DNA from: Candidatus Collierbacteria bacterium
Lineage (GTDB): Bacteria > Patescibacteriota > Microgenomatia > UBA1400 > MFAQ01
Length of the DNA stretch: 64,000 nt
Direction of reading: 5' to 3'
Assembly: GCA_903884375.1 (NCBI GenBank)
Contig: CAISER010000006.1
Coordinates: 1,080 to 65,079 of the forward strand
The position numbers were made by a program, and so were the translations under genes. Below, one piece after another: positions 19,190-28,725 of the stretch (positions are counted from its first letter, which is position 1; each line of letters begins with the position of its first letter). The notes beneath the pieces were generated by a model. It did not search any database, was not told where the DNA came from, and saw only the letters and a list, made by a program, of their open reading frames with translations.

Positions 19190-20431
19190 ATGAAAATGAG
19201 CAAAATGGGCGTTCGCCCAGAAAAAACGACTCCTAGAGATGCTGAAGCCATAAACCAAAAATTATTGATTCAAGCAGGGTTTATCCATCAAGAAATGGCT
19301 GGAGTATATACTTTTTTGCCTTTGGGTCTTCGAGTATTAAATAAGATTGAAAATATTGTCAGGAAACATATGGATAAGATTGGATCAGAGTTATTGATGC
19401 CATCGCTTTCTTCAAAAGAAAATTGGAATACTTCGGGAAGATTGAAAACAATAGATGTACTTTTTAAGGCTTGTGCTGCAAATGAAGTGTCTCTCGCTAA
19501 AAGTGATGCCGAGTATGTCTTGTGTCCGACGCACGAAGACGTAGTGACACCCTTAGTACAAGGTTACAACCCAAGCTATAAAGACTTTCCAATATCGGTC
19601 TACCATATTCAAACAAAATTCCGAAACGAACCTAGAGTAAAATCTGGGTTGATGCGTTGCAGAGAGTTTCGAATGAAAGATTTGTATAGCTTTCATACAG
19701 ATGAACTTGATTTAAAACGATATTATGATGAGGTAAAAAAAGTATATCAAGAAATTTTTGAAGAGATTGGAATAGGTAAAGACACAGTAATTGCTCTTGC
19801 GTCCGGAGGGGATTTTACTAAAGATTACTCCCATGAGTTTCAAACCCGATGCGAAAATGGCGAAGATACAATTTATTTGAACAAAACAACAGGAGTCGCA
19901 TATAACAAAGAAGTAAAGCCAGAGGGAGCTGATACAAGTCCTAACTTTGAAGTATTCAATGCTGCCGAAGTGGGAAATATTTTTCCATTGGGGACAAAAT
20001 TTTCAAAAGCGTTTGGTTATGAATACACCGATAAGGATGGTAATAAAAAACCGGTGATTACAGGAAGTTATGGAATTGGAACGAGTAGATTGATGGGTGT
20101 ATTAGTAGAAAAATTTCATGATGATAAAGGAATTGTTTGGCCTAAAAATGTATCGCCGTTTGGGGTTCATTTAATTGATTTACAACAAACAGATGAAGCT
20201 GAAAAAATTTATGAACTACTAACAAAGGAAGGCGTCGATGTTCTTTGGGACGATAGAGAGATGAGCGCCGGAGAAAAATTTGCAGATGCTGATTTAATTG
20301 GATGCCCGATTAGGATTCTGGTTTCTTCCAGAAGTATTCAAAATGGCGGAATAGAGGTAAAACTTAGAAACGAAACAGAAAGTAAGATTATTTCCATCGA
20401 TAGATTGATGGATTTTGTGAAGAATGTTTGA
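19190..20431 (+). CDS. proS: Prolyl-tRNA synthetase, short form without the INS editing domain
   Basis: 413 aa; class II motifs and ProRS-like N-terminus (LLIQAGFIHQEMAGVYTFLPLGLRVLNKIE); C-terminal anticodon-binding domain present; no insertion domain. Confidence 0.85.
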   Translation: MKMSKMGVRPEKTTPRDAEAINQKLLIQAGFIHQEMAGVYTFLPLGLRVLNKIENIVRKHMDKIGSELLMPSLSSKENWNTSGRLKTIDVLFKACAANEVSLAKSDAEYVLCPTHEDVVTPLVQGYNPSYKDFPISVYHIQTKFRNEPRVKSGLMRCREFRMKDLYSFHTDELDLKRYYDEVKKVYQEIFEEIGIGKDTVIALASGGDFTKDYSHEFQTRCENGEDTIYLNKTTGVAYNKEVKPEGADTSPNFEVFNAAEVGNIFPLGTKFSKAFGYEYTDKDGNKKPVITGSYGIGTSRLMGVLVEKFHDDKGIVWPKNVSPFGVHLIDLQQTDEAEKIYELLTKEGVDVLWDDREMSAGEKFADADLIGCPIRILVSSRSIQNGGIEVKLRNETESKIISIDRLMDFVKNV

Positions 20432-21098
20432 AATTTTGGGAATAAATTTTTATTTGTATGGCCTAATTGTTGGGTTGGCTGTTTTGGTGGCAATGGAAAT
20501 TTCTTTGAGGAATCGCGGAAATATGCAACAAATCACAATCGAAAAAGCAGTCTGGTGGACAGTAATTTCTGGGGTTATTGGTGGGAGAATTTACCACGTT
20601 GTTGATTTCTATGGAAGATATTACTCAAATAATTTTTATAAAATATTATATTTTTGGGAAGGGGGATTAGGAATTTGGGGAGCAATTGGAGGAGGATTAT
20701 TAGGACTTTGGATATATTGTTACTTTAATAAACTAAAGTACTGGAAAACTCTGGATATTCTAGTAATCGGTGTTCCTTTGGCACAAATGATTGGAAGATT
20801 GGGCAATTGCATAAACGGAGAATTATTGGGAAAAAATGGTGAACCTCTTTTTGTGTATGAGGGTTTTTTAAATTTAATTTTATTTGGAATTGTTTGGATG
20901 ATAGCCAAAAAAAACGCAGGGCCTGGCATAACATCAGGCGTATATTTAATCGGATATGGAGTAATCCGAATATTATTAGAAAATTTTCGGCCGAAAGAAA
21001 TAATTTGGAAAACTTATGGAGTACCTGTAGCCATTATCTTTGGTTTTTTGGCGATATCGATAGGAACTTATCTTATTTTCCGGAAAAAACAATCTTAA
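20424..21098 (+). CDS. lgt: Prolipoprotein diacylglyceryl transferase
   Basis: 224 aa polytopic; Lgt signature GRLGNCINGELLG. Confidence 0.8.
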   Translation: MFEILGINFYLYGLIVGLAVLVAMEISLRNRGNMQQITIEKAVWWTVISGVIGGRIYHVVDFYGRYYSNNFYKILYFWEGGLGIWGAIGGGLLGLWIYCYFNKLKYWKTLDILVIGVPLAQMIGRLGNCINGELLGKNGEPLFVYEGFLNLILFGIVWMIAKKNAGPGITSGVYLIGYGVIRILLENFRPKEIIWKTYGVPVAIIFGFLAISIGTYLIFRKKQS

Positions 21099-23415
21099 CG
21101 ACGTCATCCATATTTTTTACAAAATGAAATTTTAAGTCCGAACTAACTTTATTAGGAAGATCGACTAGATTTTTTTCATTGTCTTTGGGAAGAATAATGT
21201 GTTTTATTCCGGCACGATGGGCAGCAATAACTTTTTCCCTGACGCCACCAATCTCTAAAGCTCGACCACGAAGAGTTACTTCTCCGGTCATGGCAAGTCC
21301 TTTGGGAACCGATTTACCAGATAGAGCTGAGATAATGGCAGTGGTGATGGCCAAACCGGCACTGGGACCGTCTTTGGGAACAGAACCTTCGGGAACATGA
21401 ATATGAATATCAGATTTGGATATTAGAGTGTCTTTTATACCAAGCTTATTACTATGTGAACGCACATAGGAATAGGCTGCTTTGGCGGACTCTTTCATGA
21501 CATCACCCAACTGACCGGTGAGTGTTATTTTTCCTTGACCTGGCATAATGGCAACTTCAATAAAGAGAATATCACCGCCCACTTTAGTGTAGGCTAGGCC
21601 GGTTACAAGACCAACCTGATCAAGATCTTCTGCGAGAGTATGGCTATAAACAACTGGACCAAGAAATTTGTTTATTTTCTCTTTAGTGATGATAATTGGA
21701 AGTTCTTTTCCGGATGCCTTTGTTTTGGCGATTTTTCTCATGATAGATGCTATTTGTCTTTCTAAATTTCTCACACCTGCTTCACGAGTATAAAAACGCA
21801 CTAAATATTTGAGTAATGTCGGGGAAAGAATAAAATCCTTTGGATCAATAGCGTTAACTTCGGCTTGTTTTTTGATGAGATATTTTTTTGCAATAAAATA
21901 CTTTTCTTCTTCGGTATAACCGGAAAATTCAATTACTTCTAAACGATCTCTTAGCGCTGGAGGGATGGTGTCTAGTACATTGGCGGTGGTTATAAATAGA
22001 ACTTGTGAAAGATCATAAGGAATATCCAAATAATGATCTTGAAAAGCGTAATTTTGTTCTGGATCAAGAGCTTCTAGAAGGGCAGAACTAGGATCACCTC
22101 TGAAATCTGCACCTATTTTATCGATTTCATCCAACATAAATACAGGATTGCTAACACTACTATCTTTGATTGACTGAATTATCCTTCCAGGCATTGCGCC
22201 AACATATGTACGTCTATGTCCGCGAATTTCTGCCTCGTCTTTCAAGCCACCAAGAGACATTTTGACAAATTTTCTGCCGATGGCTTTGGCAATCGAACGA
22301 CCTACCGATGTCTTTCCAACTCCTGGAGGACCTACAAAACAAAGAATGGTGGGTGGATTTACAGCATGATTTTTAGTTTTTTTGACTTGATCATTTTTGA
22401 GTTTTAAAACGGCTATGTACTCAAGAATTCTTTCTTTAACTTTCTCTAATCCATAGTGGTCCTGATCTAAGATTTTTTCGGCTTTGGAAAGAGAGTAGCT
22501 ACTTTTGGTGTACTCTCCCCAGGGAAGCTCTAATACTGTTTCAATCCAGGTTCGAAGATAAGACGTTTCTGGATTGTGTATTGATAGTTTTTTTAGTCTG
22601 TCTAACTCTTTATTGACCTTAGTGAATATTTCTTTGGGAAGATTGGTTTTTTTAAGTTTGGTTTTTAACTCAACAATTTCCTCTTCTTCTCCTCCCTCTC
22701 CAAGCTCTTTTTGAATTGCCCTCATTCTTTCTCGAAGGACAGCTTCTTTCATACTATCATCGAAACGTTTTTGAGTTTTGTTTTCAATTTTCTTTTCTAA
22801 CTCAAGTATTTTTATTTCTTCAGTAAGATGGTCGGTAATAAATGTAAGTCTTTTTTCAAGCGAACTGTTTTCAAGTAACCTTTGTTTTTCATCATTTTTG
22901 ACGTCGAGAATTGAGGATATTTGGAAAGATACCAGTAGAGGATCTGCACTACTGAGAATTTTCGCGAGAACCCCTGGCTCAATATTTGCTTTGCCGAGTT
23001 CGGAAGCTCTTTTGATTAAGGCAATAGCACGATTTGAAAGTGCGGAAATTTCCGAGGTAATAACTGTGTCCTCCGGGTATTCTGAAACAAGTGTCCAGAT
23101 TAAACCATCTTTTTCTTCAATTTTCTCGATCTTTACTCTAAATAAACCTTTAACAATTGCGTGGAGTTCTTCATTGACAGGAAGTGTTTTTTCTATACGG
23201 CATACTGTTCCAATCAGATAGTAATCGTCAAGGCTGGTCGCGGTGGTTTTGGCATCTTTTTGGGACACAAAACAGACTTCCTCATTATTGGTATAAGCAT
23301 TGTTGATACCAGCGATAGAGATTGGTTTCCCAAAGGTTAAAACGGCTTCCGTTTCCGGAAAAATTACTCCTTCTTTTAACCCAATAAAGGGGATTAATTT
23401 TTGATGAATAGGCAT
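21073..23415 (-). CDS. lon: ATP-dependent Lon protease
   Basis: 780 aa; LON N-domain, AAA+ Walker A GPPGVGKTS, protease S16 motif KDGPSAG. Confidence 0.95.
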   Translation of the reverse strand: MPIHQKLIPFIGLKEGVIFPETEAVLTFGKPISIAGINNAYTNNEEVCFVSQKDAKTTATSLDDYYLIGTVCRIEKTLPVNEELHAIVKGLFRVKIEKIEEKDGLIWTLVSEYPEDTVITSEISALSNRAIALIKRASELGKANIEPGVLAKILSSADPLLVSFQISSILDVKNDEKQRLLENSSLEKRLTFITDHLTEEIKILELEKKIENKTQKRFDDSMKEAVLRERMRAIQKELGEGGEEEEIVELKTKLKKTNLPKEIFTKVNKELDRLKKLSIHNPETSYLRTWIETVLELPWGEYTKSSYSLSKAEKILDQDHYGLEKVKERILEYIAVLKLKNDQVKKTKNHAVNPPTILCFVGPPGVGKTSVGRSIAKAIGRKFVKMSLGGLKDEAEIRGHRRTYVGAMPGRIIQSIKDSSVSNPVFMLDEIDKIGADFRGDPSSALLEALDPEQNYAFQDHYLDIPYDLSQVLFITTANVLDTIPPALRDRLEVIEFSGYTEEEKYFIAKKYLIKKQAEVNAIDPKDFILSPTLLKYLVRFYTREAGVRNLERQIASIMRKIAKTKASGKELPIIITKEKINKFLGPVVYSHTLAEDLDQVGLVTGLAYTKVGGDILFIEVAIMPGQGKITLTGQLGDVMKESAKAAYSYVRSHSNKLGIKDTLISKSDIHIHVPEGSVPKDGPSAGLAITTAIISALSGKSVPKGLAMTGEVTLRGRALEIGGVREKVIAAHRAGIKHIILPKDNEKNLVDLPNKVSSDLKFHFVKNMDDVVKIVFSGK

Positions 23416-23427
23416 AGTTTTCAGATT

Positions 23428-23454
23428 TTAGCAGGAAACACAATAAATTGCTAA
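23428..23454. promoter_or_regulatory. CIRCE-like palindrome (TTAGCA-N15-TGCTAA) in the lon leader
   Basis: Outer hexamers and 27-bp overall length match the HrcA operator TTAGCACTC-N9-GAGTGCTAA, but the inner triplets are not conserved; lies 12 to 38 nt upstream of the lon ATG. Confidence 0.3.
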
Positions 23455-23565
23455 TTTTATTGATTGAAAAATCTCAAACCGAGAAGAATGGTGGCAAAAA
23501 TTGCCATAAAAGTAACTAAAAAGAAAAAGGTAAAAGAAAAATTCTTATTGGTGTTAGTGGACATT

Positions 23566-24027
23566 TTAAAGTTTTCGATATATTTTTATACTTTTTTCAT
23601 CTGTCCAAAGATGATTATCCCCTACTTTAGCATAGGCACGAAAATAGACCATCCCTGGTTTGTCAAAATTAATGTTTAGATCAAAAGTGTCGGGAAGTTG
23701 ATATTTACCCTGGGAATAATCATCTTGATGAAACTCATAACCAACTGCTTGAGGTGAATCTTTTTTAGTAAGGGCGCTGGGTGAGGCGTTGTAGCTCCAG
23801 TAAATTGTTGTTTGGGGAGTGGATAAATCAGGAGAACTATCAACGTTCCAAATAAAAGTACCGGTTTGACCAGATACAACTTCTTCAGGATATGATTGTA
23901 AATATATTCCAAGAGGCGCAGGTTTGGTTTCTTTAATTTTTTTCTGAGCAAGAAGATAATTGTAACCAACAAGTAAACAAAATATTATGATTCCTAGAAA
24001 GAGAGAAAAAAATAATTTTTTGTTCAT
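23566..24027 (-). CDS. Hypothetical secreted protein
   Basis: 153 aa with an N-terminal signal/TM segment; no recognisable motifs. Confidence 0.4.
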   Translation of the reverse strand: MNKKLFFSLFLGIIIFCLLVGYNYLLAQKKIKETKPAPLGIYLQSYPEEVVSGQTGTFIWNVDSSPDLSTPQTTIYWSYNASPSALTKKDSPQAVGYEFHQDDYSQGKYQLPDTFDLNINFDKPGMVYFRAYAKVGDNHLWTDEKSIKIYRKL

Positions 24028-24476
24028 ATTTTTTCTGAATCAAGAATAATGGTAATTGGGCCATTTAAATCAACTTGAATTTCCATGTGTTCTCCAAAAA
24101 ATCCTTTGTTGATTTTGATACCAGCTTCAGTTAGTTTATCAGCAAATCGTTCATAGAGTTTGGTAGCCAATTCTTTACCAGCTGCTTGACCAAAATCTGG
24201 ACGATTATTGCCTTTTAAATTTCCCAGGAGAGTGAATTGGGAAATGAGAAGAATTTCTCCTGAAATTGAATGAATATTTAAGTTTATTTTTTCATTTTCG
24301 TCCGGAAATATTCTAAGACTTAAAAGCTTTTTAACCAATTTATCTACCTCTTGTTCTGTATCTTTCTTGGAAATTCCCAGTAAAACAAGCATTCCTTTTT
24401 TTATACCTCTTTGAGACTCAATTTGACCATACTTACTAACGATGGCTCTATCAACAATCTGAGTTACAGCTATCAT
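24024..24476 (-). CDS. dtd: D-aminoacyl-tRNA deacylase
   Basis: 150 aa; SQFTL and GP-containing C-terminal motifs of Dtd. Confidence 0.85.
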   Translation of the reverse strand: MIAVTQIVDRAIVSKYGQIESQRGIKKGMLVLLGISKKDTEQEVDKLVKKLLSLRIFPDENEKINLNIHSISGEILLISQFTLLGNLKGNNRPDFGQAAGKELATKLYERFADKLTEAGIKINKGFFGEHMEIQVDLNGPITIILDSEKI

Positions 24477-24491
24477 AATAATTGATTATAA

Positions 24492-25388
24492 TTGCTTGTG
24501 AGAATAATGCGATGGAGACCTCTATTTTTTTTGGTTTTGGGACTAATTTGCTTGGGTTGTTTTTTTGTATTCAAAGAATACAAAATATTTATCGGAAAGA
24601 AGTTTTCTGCCAAAACACAAATTGTTTCGCCAACAGCGACGGACTCAATAACGCCAACAGCTTCTCCGTCGGCCACACCAACACCAAAACCATTGACGTT
24701 TGCCGAGATGAATAAACTGTATGGACCTTGTGTATCACTTCCAGTATTGATGTATCACCATGTAGAACTGCCGGAAAACGCGGCAACATTTAAGCGAACA
24801 TATTTAAATGTTCCGCCGGAAACTTTTAAAAAACAAATGGAATACTTGAATAGTAAAGGATATTCCAGTGTTACACCTTTTGATTTAGTAAATTATTTTG
24901 ACAATGGGGTAAAACTTCCAAGTAAGCCGGTGATGATTACTTTTGATGATGGTTATGTGGATATTGGTGATTTAGCCTTTCCGATTATGAGAGAGCTAGG
25001 AATCAAGGGAACTGTGTTTATTCCAACTGGCTTAATGGAAAATATTGATTATCTAACTTGGGCAAAGATTGACGATATGAAAGCGTCGGGGTTAATTAAT
25101 TTTGGAAATCATACTTGGTCACACAAAAATGTGGGTGGAACAACTAGTGTGGTGGAAAATGAAATTACTATAGCAGATACTCAACTATCGGATAGAGGAT
25201 TAAATAATCCAAAAATTTTTGCCTATCCTTTTGGATTGGAGACAAAACAAGGAATAATAATTCTTAAAAAAATGGGGTATCAGTTGGCATTTACTACCGT
25301 ATATGGAAGAACTCAGTGTGAGAAAAAAAGATTTGATTTGCCGAGAATAAGAATCGGAAATGCTTCTCTATCCAGTTATGGTTTGTAA
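24492..25388 (+). CDS. Polysaccharide deacetylase (NodB homology domain), membrane-anchored
   Basis: N-terminal TM, PT-rich linker, NodB motifs ITFDDGY and HTWSH. Confidence 0.8.
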   Translation: MLVRIMRWRPLFFLVLGLICLGCFFVFKEYKIFIGKKFSAKTQIVSPTATDSITPTASPSATPTPKPLTFAEMNKLYGPCVSLPVLMYHHVELPENAATFKRTYLNVPPETFKKQMEYLNSKGYSSVTPFDLVNYFDNGVKLPSKPVMITFDDGYVDIGDLAFPIMRELGIKGTVFIPTGLMENIDYLTWAKIDDMKASGLINFGNHTWSHKNVGGTTSVVENEITIADTQLSDRGLNNPKIFAYPFGLETKQGIIILKKMGYQLAFTTVYGRTQCEKKRFDLPRIRIGNASLSSYGL

Positions 25389-26122
25389 TTAAGTTTTTTC
25401 TTGTTGATATATTTTTTGCCTGTTTCTAGTTTTGATTTCACTTCACGGATGGCAATTTTTGGTAGTTGATCAAGATTGTCTTGAAGATAATTAGCAACTG
25501 TTTCTTTGTGAAATTTGATCATGGCACGAAGAACCCACGACACTGCTTTGGTGATAAGGATATCCTTTTCGGATTTAAGCAACTCGAGGTTATGAAGAGC
25601 CACTTTAATTAGACGTGGATCATTTGACTGACGGAAAGATTTGGTAAGCAGCACAAGACTGGCTCTTTTCACTTGGACATTATGATCCTTGGCAAATAGT
25701 TTGAGTGTTTCTTCCCAAATTGACCAAGTATTTAATAAATCATCTGAATCAAAAGCCATCTGACAAAGAACATCACATTCCGCCCAACCATGAGTATTGG
25801 ATATCCAGTAGTGAAGTTTTTGGGGAGCTAGTTTTTGACGAAATTCTTTGACGCGACCAATGATAAAGGCGGCAATAAGCACTTCGTCGTATGTTTTCCC
25901 ATAATATAGATCGTCTAACAGATTGATGTATTCCTCATGAGAAAGAGAGTGAGATTGAACAAAATCTTTGGCGATATCTCGCATGGTTTTGGTATTTAGA
26001 TGATATGAGGGTTTTTGAGTACCTACATATTTCAATCCATAACCTTCAAAGTTTGGTCTATCATTCGTGGAATGATTCTTAATCAATCTTAAGATTTCAG
26101 AGTGATTTTTGTTATTTTTCAT
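25376..26122 (-). CDS. DNA alkylation repair protein, AlkC/AlkD-like HEAT-repeat fold
   Basis: 248-aa all-helical protein; general resemblance to the DNA_alkylation family (W/R-rich helices); weak assignment. Confidence 0.4.
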   Translation of the reverse strand: MKNNKNHSEILRLIKNHSTNDRPNFEGYGLKYVGTQKPSYHLNTKTMRDIAKDFVQSHSLSHEEYINLLDDLYYGKTYDEVLIAAFIIGRVKEFRQKLAPQKLHYWISNTHGWAECDVLCQMAFDSDDLLNTWSIWEETLKLFAKDHNVQVKRASLVLLTKSFRQSNDPRLIKVALHNLELLKSEKDILITKAVSWVLRAMIKFHKETVANYLQDNLDQLPKIAIREVKSKLETGKKYINKKKLNYKP

Positions 26123-26182
26123 AAATTAGACGATATCCGAAGTATTAGAATATATTAGATAATGTTAGAAAATATTGGATTA

Positions 26183-27337
26183 TTATTTAAAGTATTTTTT
26201 ATTTTTTAGTTGGTCGGGTAGTAAACTTTGTTTGGAATACATTTCGTAGTCTTTGCCGTAACCTAGGGATTTCATCAGTTTGGTTGGAGCATTTCTTAAG
26301 TTTAAAGGAATGGGTAAATTACCAAACTGAGCAACGTCTGATTGAGCCGCACGGAGACCGTCGTAGGCTGAACGATTTTTGGAAGCTTTGCAAAGATAAA
26401 CAACACCGTGAGCGAGATTAATGGCACACTCCGGATAACCAATAATCTCACAAGCTCTGAATACATCGTTGGCTACAACTAATGCTGTTGGCTGAGCAAT
26501 ACCAACATCTTCACTGGCAAAAATTACCATACGACGAGCAATAAATAAAGAGTCCTCTCCCGAATCAACCAGACGAGCAAGATAATAAAGAGCTGCATCT
26601 GCGTTACTGGCTCTCATGGACTTGATGAAGGCGGAGATGGTGTTGTAATGCTCTTCACCTTGTTTATCAAATCGCAAAAATCTTGATTGAAGGGCAGTTT
26701 TGAAATTTTCGATGGATAATTTTCCATAAAGAGAAGCTGTTTGCTCTATTAGACCGATGGCTTGACGAGCATCACCGTTGGCAAAAATTCCCAACCATTC
26801 CTTACTTTCCTTATTAATCTTTAATTTGAGAACTTTTACCGCGCGATCAATAATTTTTTCAATTTCCCTAGATGATAGTTCCTTTAAAACGAAAACTCTA
26901 AGGCGGGAAAGAAGGGGAGCAATAATTTCGAAGCTGGGGTTTTCGGTGGTAGCTCCAATAAGAGTTAGTTTTCCTTTTTCCACAAATGGAAGGAGGTAGT
27001 CTTGCTGACCTTTATTGAAACGGTGAATCTCATCAAGGAAAAGAACAACAGGCTTGGTAGTGTTTTCGGTGTTTTTTAATATTGAACGAATGTCATCTTT
27101 TCCGGCGGATACTGCAGAAAGTTCATAAAAATCCGCTTCAATGGCATCAGAATAAATACGGGCAATGGTGGTTTTTCCGGTACCGGGAGGACCCCAGAGT
27201 ACAAAAGAAAAAATGTGTTTGTTTTTTATGGCCTGTCTAATTGGTTTGCCTTCCCCTACTAAATGTTCTTGACCAATAAATTCGGATAACTTTTTTGGGC
27301 GGATTTGAGAGGCTAAGGGCTCGATTAAGTTGGACAT
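26183..27337 (-). CDS. rarA: Replication-associated recombination protein A (AAA+ ATPase, MgsA/RarA)
   Basis: 384 aa; Walker A GPPGTGKTT, Walker B LFLDEIHRF, MgsA C-terminal domains. Confidence 0.85.
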   Translation of the reverse strand: MSNLIEPLASQIRPKKLSEFIGQEHLVGEGKPIRQAIKNKHIFSFVLWGPPGTGKTTIARIYSDAIEADFYELSAVSAGKDDIRSILKNTENTTKPVVLFLDEIHRFNKGQQDYLLPFVEKGKLTLIGATTENPSFEIIAPLLSRLRVFVLKELSSREIEKIIDRAVKVLKLKINKESKEWLGIFANGDARQAIGLIEQTASLYGKLSIENFKTALQSRFLRFDKQGEEHYNTISAFIKSMRASNADAALYYLARLVDSGEDSLFIARRMVIFASEDVGIAQPTALVVANDVFRACEIIGYPECAINLAHGVVYLCKASKNRSAYDGLRAAQSDVAQFGNLPIPLNLRNAPTKLMKSLGYGKDYEMYSKQSLLPDQLKNKKYFK

Positions 27338-27472
27338 ATTCGGTATTTATTTGGGTATACTCTAGTGTAAAAGAGACAAATTTGATTGTCAACAAGAAAT
27401 TTGTGAGCGAACTTTTGATAAAACATAATTCTTCGTTTTATGACTATTTTAGCTTTGAAGAAGAAGCGTGGG

Positions 27473-27481
27473 TGGTAAAAT
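27473..27481 (+). promoter_or_regulatory. Extended -10 element TGGTAAAAT upstream of tRNA-Gln
   Basis: TGn-TAAAAT lies 20 nt upstream of the tRNA 5' end. Confidence 0.35.
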
Positions 27482-27501
27482 ATAGCCTGTACGTTGTTTA
27501 T

Positions 27502-27576
27502 TGCCGGATCGTCTAATGGTAGGACGCCACCCTCTGGAGGTGGTTATTCTAGGTTCGAGTCCTAGTCCGGCAACCA
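27502..27576 (+). tRNA. tRNA-Gln, anticodon CUG, CCA encoded
   Basis: Manual cloverleaf: U1-A72 acceptor TGCCGGA/TCCGGCA, anticodon stem CCACC/GGTGG, loop CTCTGGA, T-arm CTAGGTTCGAGTCCTAG, short variable loop, terminal ACCA. Confidence 0.8.
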
Positions 27577-27689
27577 AGTTGGACGCTATCAGACCGTGAT
27601 GCCTAAAATCGGTTGATGCGTCCCACAAAAGCCCATTTTGTTTTTGGAAGTCTCGGACCGTACGCTCGTTGTCCAGCTATTTCTTTATT
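27568..27689. repeat. 122-bp direct repeat, copy 1; begins in the tRNA-Gln 3' end and abuts the stop of the metallophosphoesterase gene
   Basis: Identical to 34714-34835 over about 58 nt and about 43 nt (1 mismatch), separated by a 21-nt non-identical core (27626-27646). Confidence 0.85.
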
Positions 27690-28725
27690 ATTGAAGTAAA
27701 TATGTATCGGCGATATTTTCTGTGACTTTCCCGAGTACTGTCTTCACAAATTCTACCTTGGCATTATTAGTGGAGACTGTGACTCTCAAATATCCAGAGC
27801 CACCAATTATATTGCCGCTTGTATATCCATATTCACCTTTTGTGTTAACTATATCGCCTGGGTGACTCGGTTGAGGAAGAGTTTGATAAACGACACCATC
27901 TAATTCTTGTTTGGCATAGAAATGATCATGACCTTTGAATACTGCATTTACTTTGTTATCGACTAATAACTGATGGATTGGTTTTGACCAGCCTGATCTG
28001 TTGATTGTAAATCCATAACTACCATCGAGATTATTACCACCCCATTCATATAGTTTGGCAAATTCGACTCCACCTCTACCCTGGCTATCCCCACCAACAA
28101 GTTGATGAATAAATACAAATTTATATTTACTATTACTTTTTTCTAATGTGTTTTTGAGCCAATCATATTGTGTCTTTCCCAGCGTCCATTTCCATCCATA
28201 TGTGCCAGGCTTAGTGGTAGTGAAACTATATGGATCAAGAATGATAAATAAGGCATCGCTTTTGGTAAATGAATAATAATTTTTGTCAAACTGGCTTGGA
28301 AAATACTGGAGGCGTTGGGAGCGATTATTTGTTTCCCAACCGGCCTCGCCATCATGATTGCCACTTGCTAGATACAGGGGAATTGATGAACCCAATAGAT
28401 CGAAATATTTTTTCATTAGTTGATAACGATTAGCAAAGCTTGTACTATTTTTGGCTGGCTGTTTGTCGAGCATAAACGTATCACCAAGATCAATGAGAAA
28501 CGCTGGCTTGTCAGCGACTATGTTTTTCAATGTTTGGGAATAAACTGCCTCACTTGATTGCTCATCCATGTGGGGGTCAGCTTCAATGGCAAAACTAAAA
28601 GATTCTCCAGAACTAGCAGTTCGTAAACTATTGGGTATTTCGATAATATTTTTACTAAATACCCAAAATAATGAAATTCCGAGAATACCAAGAATTATTA
28701 ATAGAATGGTTTTATTTGACTTCAT
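27688..28725 (-). CDS. Secreted metallophosphoesterase (calcineurin-like), paralog B
   Basis: Signal peptide; motifs ADPHMD, GDTF, GNHD, GHDHFY; tandem paralog of the upstream gene. Confidence 0.75.
   Translation of the reverse strand: MKSNKTILLIILGILGISLFWVFSKNIIEIPNSLRTASSGESFSFAIEADPHMDEQSSEAVYSQTLKNIVADKPAFLIDLGDTFMLDKQPAKNSTSFANRYQLMKKYFDLLGSSIPLYLASGNHDGEAGWETNNRSQRLQYFPSQFDKNYYSFTKSDALFIILDPYSFTTTKPGTYGWKWTLGKTQYDWLKNTLEKSNSKYKFVFIHQLVGGDSQGRGGVEFAKLYEWGGNNLDGSYGFTINRSGWSKPIHQLLVDNKVNAVFKGHDHFYAKQELDGVVYQTLPQPSHPGDIVNTKGEYGYTSGNIIGGSGYLRVTVSTNNAKVEFVKTVLGKVTENIADTYLLQ

Noticed and set aside
22778-23221. 147-aa plus-strand ORF rich in Ser/Phe
   Set aside because: It lies entirely antisense within the well-supported lon gene. 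The low-complexity composition is typical of an antisense frame in AT-rich DNA.
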